From NCBI GenBank assembly GCA_965204535.1, contig OZ241996.1, forward strand, positions 1,120,001 to 1,184,000: DNA of 64,000 nucleotides, read 5' to 3'. The stretch comes from a bacterium. Its GTDB lineage: Bacteria > UBA8248. Positions 57,445 to 64,000 of this stretch are shown here, one piece after another. The stretch's first letter is position 1, and each line of letters starts with the position of its first letter. The notes under the pieces were generated by a model that did not search any database, was not told the origin of the DNA, and worked only from the letters and a program-made list of their open reading frames with translations. The position numbers and the translations under genes are program-made.

Positions 57445-58392
57445 ATGGCGAAAGTAGTTTTGATCGATCCGCTTTATTCGACGCCGGCGTGGAACGTGGC
57501 TTCCGACTGGCTGGGAGCGGAGCACGAGGTCGTCGCTCCGGCCGAATACACGCCGGAGGCCATCGAGCCGCTGCTGCCGGATTCGGAAGGCATTCTCACC
57601 GTGTTCCGGCCCGTTTCGCCCGAGATGATGGACATGGCGCCAAACCTCAAGGTGGTGGCCAAACCGGGTGCTGGCGTGGACAACATCGACGTCGATGCGG
57701 CGAACGAGCGCGGCGTCATGGTCTGCAACGTCGAGGGCGTCCGGGGGCGCTCCGTGGCGGAACACGCCTTTTTCATGGCGCTGTATCTCGCGCGTCACGC
57801 CTGGATGCGCGATGAGCAGGAAACCTGGGAGCACGTGCCTGCGGTGCAACTGGGCGGCAAATCGCTCGGCATCGTGGGGCTCGGGGATATCGGCAGGAGA
57901 GCAGCGCGCATCGGCCATGGTTTCGGCATGGAGTTGCTCATCAACACGCGGACGGAGGATCCCTCCTACGTGCCTGAGGCGAAGCTCGAGTTCACCTCTT
58001 TCGATGCGCTTTTGCCGCGTGCCGATTTCCTGATCTTGTGCATGCCCCTGGCGCCCGAGATGCGGGGCATCATGAACAGGGCGAATCTCTTGAAAATGAA
58101 GCCGGACGCCATCCTCATCAACGTTTCGAGAGGCCCCGCCGTGGTGAGCGACGATCTTCTGGAGGTGATGCGCGGCGGCCATCTCGCGGGCGCGGGGCTC
58201 GACGTCACCGATCCCGAGCCCCTGCCGAAAGACCATGGCTTGTGGGGGATCGAGAACGTCATCATCAGCCCGCACCACGCTTCCCGGACGCCCGAGACGC
58301 AGGTCGCCGCGATGGATCGCACGGCGGAGAACATGCGTCTGGCCTTAGGCGGCCAAAGACCCGTAAACATCGTGAATCCAGGGGTCATGTAA
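57445..58392 (+). CDS. D-isomer-specific 2-hydroxyacid dehydrogenase
   Basis: GAGVDNID, GLGDIG, INVSRG, LDVTDPEP, SPHHA. Confidence 0.92.
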   Translation: MAKVVLIDPLYSTPAWNVASDWLGAEHEVVAPAEYTPEAIEPLLPDSEGILTVFRPVSPEMMDMAPNLKVVAKPGAGVDNIDVDAANERGVMVCNVEGVRGRSVAEHAFFMALYLARHAWMRDEQETWEHVPAVQLGGKSLGIVGLGDIGRRAARIGHGFGMELLINTRTEDPSYVPEAKLEFTSFDALLPRADFLILCMPLAPEMRGIMNRANLLKMKPDAILINVSRGPAVVSDDLLEVMRGGHLAGAGLDVTDPEPLPKDHGLWGIENVIISPHHASRTPETQVAAMDRTAENMRLALGGQRPVNIVNPGVM

Positions 58393-58444
58393 GCGATTCC
58401 CCAAGCCGGACAGGCCGACGCAGGCCGGCCGGGTCGGAGTGTGA

Positions 58445-59302
58445 ATGCCGTTTGAATTGGTTGCCCTGAGCCCGGCCGTCTTCTTCGCCCTCTCGAGCAT
58501 CATGACCAAAAGAGGGTTGGACGGCAGCACGCCGCACACGGGCAGCCTGGTCGTCCTGATCATGCAGCTTGTCTTCTTCTCCTCCTGCCTGGTGGCGGTG
58601 GATTTCTCCCGGATATCGGTTTCGGTCCACTGGATCGCTTTTCTGGCGGCGGGGATTTCCTCGCCCGCGCTGTCGTTGGTGTTCCTGTTTCGTTCGATCC
58701 AGAGGATCGGCGTCGCCTCGACAAGCCCGGTCTCCAACACCCACCCCATATTCGGGGCGTTCTGGGCGTTTCTGGTGCTGGGGGAACGCCCGCCCGCCGT
58801 CTTGTGGCTGGGTATCCTCGTTGTCGTGGCGGGTGTTTTCTGCATGACGAGTGGAGGAGGTCCGCTCGCCAGAGGCCGCGTGCTGCTGTTGCCGGTCACC
58901 GCGGCGGCTTTCATGGGGCTCGCCCACACGTTCAGGAAAATGGGGCTGGGAGGCGTGGAATCCCTTGTTTTCGGGGGGTTTCTGCAATCCGTCTCGGCAT
59001 GCGCCCTGGGTCCTTTGATCCTGAAGGCGGGCACCGGGTGGAGGCCGTTCGTGTTCAACAGGCCCTCGCTCGGCAACTTCATCCTGGCGGGTCTCGCGAT
59101 GGCGGCCGCCCAGTTGTGTCTCATGGCCGCACTGAGCATAGGGGAGGTGTCGCGCGTGACGCCCATGGTGGCGACGGTGCCGCTTTTCATGCTCGTGCTC
59201 GCACCCCTGATACTCGGGGAGCGCGAGAGGATCACCCCGCGTATCGTCCTGGGCGTGCTGATCACGGTGGCGGGGGTGATTCTGGTGACTTCGCTGCGCT
59301 AG
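58445..59302 (+). CDS. DMT/EamA-family transporter
   Basis: About 10 TM; LVLGER and LGERE motifs. Confidence 0.85.
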   Translation: MPFELVALSPAVFFALSSIMTKRGLDGSTPHTGSLVVLIMQLVFFSSCLVAVDFSRISVSVHWIAFLAAGISSPALSLVFLFRSIQRIGVASTSPVSNTHPIFGAFWAFLVLGERPPAVLWLGILVVVAGVFCMTSGGGPLARGRVLLLPVTAAAFMGLAHTFRKMGLGGVESLVFGGFLQSVSACALGPLILKAGTGWRPFVFNRPSLGNFILAGLAMAAAQLCLMAALSIGEVSRVTPMVATVPLFMLVLAPLILGERERITPRIVLGVLITVAGVILVTSLR

Positions 59303-59702
59303 GCGCGATCCGGCTCGATTTCGACGTAACACCTTATCTTTCAAATATATAAATTTTCAGGAATTTACCGAAAAACCCCGCTAATTTATCGATATTTTCA
59401 GGAATTCCCCCGCCGCCGGAGGCGGCGACTCACCCCGCGACCATAGCCGATACCCGGGAGCGCGCATGACGGCAAATGCGGGGAAATGCGCGCCGGCGCG
59501 GGCGGGGCTTCCCCGACGGGCGGGGAATGATGGGTGAGACTGGAGAGCAGGGGCGGACCCGCGCGTCCGCGCCCGCGTTTTGTTTTCACCGTCGTTCCGG
59601 CGAATGACGGTGGAGACCGGGAGATTGGCCGAAGCCGGGGGGGGGGGTGGAGATGCAGCGGCGTTCTCGAAAACGGCGAGGCGGATTTTCGGGGAGAGGC
59701 GC

Positions 59703-60677
59703 TCAGGCGGCGATTTCGAGATAGGGCGATTCCCCCGGGACGGGGGAGCGGAGTTTTTCCAGAACGTGAGGATTCCGCCGGACGATCTCGAACAGCATTC
59801 CGAGGCTGAGGTGGTTGCAGAAATCATCGTCCCATTCCAACCGGTTCTCGCAGTTCTCCCTTGTCAACCGGAAGCGGGACCAGGAGAGTTTCCCGTCGGG
59901 GTCCTCTTCCATCCCCACGATGAGTTCGTCTCCGTAGAACCATATCCACATTTCCAAATCGCCGATGCGGACGGGTTCGACTTCGGGCCGCCCGCCCTTG
60001 AACCTGCCGAATGCGCCCACGCGGGCGAATGAGGGAACGTCGTCGCCGGTAACGCCGAGCTTATGGAGAATCTCCATCCCCAGTTCGAATGAAATCTCGG
60101 GGTCGTCGTTGTTGTGGGTGGAAAATTGTCCCACCACATCTTTCTCGCCCAGGTCGATCTTCAGCAGGGCGTATGGCTTCTCTCTCTTGAGAAACAACCA
60201 GAACTTGAATTCGCCGGCTTCGGTTTGTTCCCAGTATCTTTCTGCGTCCTCGCGCTTTCCGACGCAGATTTCGAGAGTTTTTCCGATGGCCATGAGCTTC
60301 TTGAGGGAGAGCACCTCTTCGAGCCGGAATTCCCCGCTGAGGGGGATGGTTCCGGGGGCGGCTTCTGCTTCGGCGCGCCTCTCGCGGGCGTCGGTCAACT
60401 CCTTTCTGAAGAGGTTTCCATTCTTGCAGGCCTCATCGAAGGAATGGCGGCAGCTCTTGAGGAGTTTCCCGGCCCTGCGCCTCACGGCCTCGTCCTCATG
60501 CCCGGAGCACTTGAGAGCTTGCCGGATGGACCTGAGTGCGGTGCGCACGGTTCGCTCGCCGGTCTCTCCCTTCTCTTGCAGGTAGGCGTCAATCCCGTTC
60601 TTGAGTTTTTCGAGGGGAAAATCCTCGCCTGCTTCTTTTTTCAGGCGGTTCCACTGCATCAGGCATTCGGCGTTCAT
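59703..60677 (-). CDS. Hypothetical protein with PcfJ-like domain
   Basis: LMAIGKTLEICVG..Y..PYALLKI..GQFSTHNN resembles the PcfJ L..EG..M.HCV..Q..G..N pattern. Confidence 0.55.
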   Translation of the reverse strand: MNAECLMQWNRLKKEAGEDFPLEKLKNGIDAYLQEKGETGERTVRTALRSIRQALKCSGHEDEAVRRRAGKLLKSCRHSFDEACKNGNLFRKELTDARERRAEAEAAPGTIPLSGEFRLEEVLSLKKLMAIGKTLEICVGKREDAERYWEQTEAGEFKFWLFLKREKPYALLKIDLGEKDVVGQFSTHNNDDPEISFELGMEILHKLGVTGDDVPSFARVGAFGRFKGGRPEVEPVRIGDLEMWIWFYGDELIVGMEEDPDGKLSWSRFRLTRENCENRLEWDDDFCNHLSLGMLFEIVRRNPHVLEKLRSPVPGESPYLEIAA

Positions 60678-60695
60678 GTTTTTCCCTTCATTTAT

Positions 60696-60721
60696 GGGAC
60701 TTATATACGATGGTGCCTAAA
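60696..60721 (+). mobile_element. Third copy of the IS1595 terminal inverted repeat (end of a second element or remnant)
   Basis: gggacttatatacgatggtgcctaaa, 23/26 identical to reverse complement of 35912-35937; GC drops immediately after. Confidence 0.8.
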
Positions 60722-60784
60722 TTACTTATTGGATGTTGACGATTTAGCTATGCTCACAATCTCGTCTGATTGTTTCCCGTTCCA

Positions 60785-61120
60785 TCATTTCAACCTTTCC
60801 CAAAAGTTGTAACCGGGAGGATCATCAAGACGGCGCAAATGGATTACTTTTGCGACAGTTTCTTCTTCATCGTAAGTCCTAGGGTCTAATTCAGGGTCAT
60901 AGTCGGGATCATTTTTATCCCAATACAAGTGTGAAAGGTCTGTATCATCTTTGGGGAGATAACCTTCTACTCGATATGCTATGAGGAGTCCATAACGTAA
61001 CCATGCCAGGTTAAACATCTCCTCAAGATCAAGCCCTGCGGAAATCCAATCCTTTTCGATAAAACGAACCCATTCCATCGCTTTTTCGTGAATGTTGTGC
61101 TTTGTCACTTCATTCATCAT
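60785..61120 (-). CDS. Hypothetical AT-rich protein
   Basis: 111 aa; ATGA overlap with XRE gene stop. Confidence 0.55.
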   Translation of the reverse strand: MMNEVTKHNIHEKAMEWVRFIEKDWISAGLDLEEMFNLAWLRYGLLIAYRVEGYLPKDDTDLSHLYWDKNDPDYDPELDPRTYDEEETVAKVIHLRRLDDPPGYNFWERLK

Positions 61121-62094
61121 GAGCGATTCTCCTGCTCGTCCGCCTCATCGCCAGGGTCGGTTTCGCCGCTCAACATTTTTCCGAGTTTGATGGCGGCGGC
61201 CATCATCTCCTCACAGGCGGCCCATTCATCGTCTGTGATCTGCGCCTCAAGCCAATTCATGCGCTCTCGGGCGATTTCTTCGCCTTCGCCGCGCAGGCGC
61301 TTGGGGATTTGGCTGAGGCGCGCGTGCCCGTGGGAGAGGACCCACTCGGCGCGCCGTGAGCCGCCGGTGATGCGCTCGCGGAGTACAGGGAAAAGATAGC
61401 CCCTGCAGCTTATGTCGGGGTCGAACTCGACGTCTTCGGGGTCGAGCGCGCCGTTGTCGGCTTCCAGATTTTCGGCCAGTCGCTTCAGGAAATTGGAGAA
61501 GGGGTTCCCGTTTTCCCGATAATCCTCCCAGCGTGGGTCGTCCCACTCGAGGTTTCCGGGGTGGCGGAACAGGTCGCGCCTCCCGATGGATTCCTCCTCC
61601 TCCTCGTATGCCCACCCGGAGTCTGCGAGATGCTCGGGCAGGGCGCGGTTGAATTCTTCGAGGACGGCTCTGGCTTCCTCGACCCGGCGGCGGCGTTCGG
61701 CGAGGCTCGCTTCGGCGAGGAGGGTGAATAGCATGGGGGCCTCCTCGATGAGCCTGTGCACCTCCACCCCGTAGTGTTCCTCCACCATGTCGTAGGCGAG
61801 GGCGGTTTCGCTGTCCAAGTGAACCCTGGGGCCTGAGCCGCCGGAATCGAAGTTGATCCGGGATATTTCGTCCCGCACCGCTTCTGATTCGGGGCCAAGC
61901 GCCAGAATCCGGGGATTCCCCAGCTTCAGGGCACCAGCGAGCAACCGGGCGGTGGATTCTCGCGCTTCGCCTCCGTTTGCGCTCTCGAGACGGCCGATGG
62001 TCTTCTTTTCGATCTTCGCCTTATCGGCCAGTTCCTGCTGGCTCCATCCCTGCGCCTTGCGCAGTCTTTTCAGTGTTTCGGGGTGTATCTTCAT
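61117..62094 (-). CDS. XRE-family HTH protein with large C-terminal domain
   Basis: LKRLRKAQGWSQQELADKAKIEKKTIGRLE; RBS gagg. Confidence 0.8.
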   Translation of the reverse strand: MKIHPETLKRLRKAQGWSQQELADKAKIEKKTIGRLESANGGEARESTARLLAGALKLGNPRILALGPESEAVRDEISRINFDSGGSGPRVHLDSETALAYDMVEEHYGVEVHRLIEEAPMLFTLLAEASLAERRRRVEEARAVLEEFNRALPEHLADSGWAYEEEEESIGRRDLFRHPGNLEWDDPRWEDYRENGNPFSNFLKRLAENLEADNGALDPEDVEFDPDISCRGYLFPVLRERITGGSRRAEWVLSHGHARLSQIPKRLRGEGEEIARERMNWLEAQITDDEWAACEEMMAAAIKLGKMLSGETDPGDEADEQENRS

Positions 62095-62164
62095 CGTATG
62101 AACCTCATGCGGAAAAGTTTGTTGTCTCCGTATCCTGGAGCCATAATACACTTATTATATGAGA

Positions 62165-62200
62165 TATTAAATAGAAATTATAATAAATATCTATTTAATA
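62165..62200. promoter_or_regulatory. Putative operator (11-bp inverted repeat)
   Basis: tattaaataga-N14-tctatttaata upstream of the XRE gene. Confidence 0.5.
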
Positions 62201-62356
62201 ATGGCGTATATATGGAATTTTGGAGACGAAATATCTCTTTTATGGGATATTTAGGGGCTGAGGTGGTGAGGGGGTGTTGGAGCTCCCGCTTTGCTCTCCG
62301 GCGTGTCCGTTCGAGTCAAGACATCATCTCTCCCCGTTTTAACGAATTGGTTTCGC

Positions 62357-62385
62357 TTGACAAATTTCAACATCACAATCAAGAT
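62357..62385 (+). promoter_or_regulatory. Sigma70-like promoter for RNA copy B
   Basis: TTGACA-N17-CAAGAT; predicted +1 coincides with stem start at about 62393. Confidence 0.55.
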
Positions 62386-62392
62386 ATTTCTC

Positions 62393-62525
62393 GCCACATA
62401 ACCTAGGGCTTGATCTGCTGGTCGGGTCGCCCGCGGAATACAACACCGCTTCCTTGCGGGAATACGCGGGAACCTACCCAAGAGTCTATAGGTTATGTGG
62501 CAATCGGCCCGATTGTAAGGGTCGA
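62393..62525 (+). ncRNA. Candidate structured RNA, copy B (homolog of 35629-35790)
   Basis: Perfect 13-bp stem 62393-62405/62489-62501; CCCGCG-GAAUACAACA-CCGC..GCGG-GAAUA-CGCGGG; alternative stem 62420-62429/62505-62514. Confidence 0.7.
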
Positions 62526-62767
62526 AACGTGTTTCCTCCGCCAGGAGAACTTGTCTGGATTACATCAAGATCGACTTCCCGAAAGCAATACCCATTTGGT
62601 GGGCATTTGCCTGGCGTTTGGTAGCGTTTAAGGGTTTTGGTTCTTGTCTGGATTCTTGAATGGATTTTTTGCCGACATTGCTCGATTCGTCTTATAGATA
62701 AGCGTATCCCCAGGGGAGGAAGACCCGGGGAAACACCATAGAATCTAAGCCCGTTCTTGGAGCCAGA

Positions 62768-63394
62768 ATGGATAAAAACCCAATAAAGGACCATCCAGAG
62801 GCAATAGATCAAAATAGCTCAATCCATATTTTGAGGCGGCTGGTACAAGTCATGGCAAGAACGACAGAAAAATCACTAATTGCTCATGGAGGTCCTGGAA
62901 CTGGAAAAACCCGCACAGTTGCTGAAACTTTAAGAGAAGAAGGTCTTGTTCAGGACAAAGACTGGTTTGTGATAGAGGGCAGAGTCACGCCTTTCATGCT
63001 TTATCAAATTCTGTTCCAGCACTGAAAGGGAGATATTTTGGTTTTTAAGGAAACCGACTCAATCTGGAACAATCGCAAGGCTGTTTGGATGTTGAAATAC
63101 GCCTTGGATGATTATGATGATGGTCTTCTGCGCTCAAATTATGACAAGTGTATCGTTAGATGGGATTCAGCCAGAACTCGCGATGTTTTCTTGATGACGC
63201 AAGAGGATAAGGAAAAATATAACGAGATAGTCGATGAAAAAATAAGGGAATCTTCAAATGACAGAAGGACAGTGAAACTCCCCTCAGAGTTTATTTTTAG
63301 AGGAAAGGCTATTTTTATTTCAAATCTTGAGCGGAGAAAATTTCCTCCCGAGATTTTAGAAATATCTTCTAAAATTGGTTTAACTCCTGACTGA
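62768..63394 (+). pseudogene. Phage-type AAA-like ATPase interrupted by in-frame TGA (63023-63025)
   Basis: Walker A GGPGTGKT; second ORF is in frame (LFQH*KGDILVFKETD; F.FRGKAIFISNL); Walker B appears degenerate. Confidence 0.65.
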
Positions 63395-63537
63395 GAAACG
63401 AGTTTGTCTTTGGAAATAATTCGCTCTTCTCACCAGGGCTGAGCACTATTGCTTTTTCGGGGTGCTCCACATGGTGCGAAAGCACAATAACAAGCGGTAA
63501 AGACCCATTTTTCAACCACATCACGGGGGAATGTTGA

Positions 63538-64000
63538 ATGTTTTATGAAACCTATGGTGAGTTCGAAGTGCCACGAAAGCAAAGTACGAAAGGAAAAGTA
63601 TTCAATGACTCAACAAAAGTGCTAAATGATTTTTGGGATATGGTAGACCAAAAAATCCGAGGTCTTTCAACAGCTCGCGGCTGTTATATTTTCGCCATCA
63701 AGGCGGGGAAGGGCATCAAACCCTGGTATGTCGGCCAAACTAAGAAAACTTTCAGAGATGAATGTTTCCAACCCCAGAAAAAAGCTCACTACAATAACGT
63801 GATCAATGATACTGCGAGAGGCACTCCTGTTATGATTCTCGTCGCACGTCATACATCTGAAAATAAAACAAAACTATCAAAAACCCTTCCACCGAAAGAA
63901 GCGGATTTCGTCGAACAACTGCTGATTAGCCAGGCCCTTTCGGCGAATCCTAATCTAGTGAACACAAAGAACACAAGATATATCAAAGATATAAAGATTC
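63538..64000 (+). CDS. GIY-YIG-superfamily nuclease (truncated by window end; absent from ORF track)
   Basis: Manual translation MFYETYGEF...RGCYIFAIKAGKGIKPWYVGQT...FVEQLLI...NPNLVN; open to window end. Confidence 0.72.
   Translation, partial: MFYETYGEFEVPRKQSTKGKVFNDSTKVLNDFWDMVDQKIRGLSTARGCYIFAIKAGKGIKPWYVGQTKKTFRDECFQPQKKAHYNNVINDTARGTPVMILVARHTSENKTKLSKTLPPKEADFVEQLLISQALSANPNLVNTKNTRYIKDIKI

Noticed and set aside
59381-59700. ORFs in the GC-rich spacer
   Set aside because: Low-complexity translations with a degenerate cgtc.ttccggc..aatgacg repeat; no recognisable product
62546-62740. Gene between RNA copy B and the ATPase
   Set aside because: Only a protein-like fragment (DYIKIDFPKAIPIWWAFAWRL) with no start and a frame break; too weak to call
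63023-63025. Second selenocysteine codon in the ATPase
   Set aside because: Not in a redox or Cys-type motif, no convincing SECIS hairpin follows, and Walker B is also degenerate; a nonsense mutation is more likely
63515-63524. Target of RNA copy B anti-leader near the GIY-YIG RBS (accacatcac vs gccacataac)
   Set aside because: Only 8/10 match; not distinguishable from chance

Overview
GC-rich bacterial chromosomal window. The gene content resembles Nitrospinota/Tectomicrobia/deltaproteobacteria-like lineages, but taxonomy cannot be fixed from sequence alone. The backbone is housekeeping and catabolic: argH-lptM-lysA-dapF..dapB..dapL-folK-panC, TPR-TPR-exbB-exbD-tonB, larEBC plus a ThiS/MoaD carrier, hisC, hup, a DEAD-box helicase, msrP, CBS/CGL, pgk, etfBA, mrp, and many oxidoreductases, hydrolases and DMT transporters. 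Several REP/MITE-like palindrome clusters sit between genes. There are two AT-rich accessory regions. One is a complete 3.2-kb IS1595-family transposon with passenger genes (32700-35937). The other starts at a third copy of the same terminal inverted repeat (60696) and runs off the window. The most striking observation is that both regions carry a homologous, promoter-driven structured RNA of about 130-160 nt. Its core is conserved and covaries, its self-complementary leader/anti-leader segment differs completely between copies, and it has two mutually exclusive folds reminiscent of phage C4/CI antisense immunity RNAs. Other highlights are a deiodinase-like selenoprotein (in-frame UGA plus SECIS-like hairpin) split in two by the ORF caller, a Wss1/SprT-like HExxH protease ending in a beta-clamp-type motif, a membrane-anchored 7Fe ferredoxin fusion, and a GIY-YIG nuclease missed by the ORF track. 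All alignments and folds were done by eye; no database searches were run.
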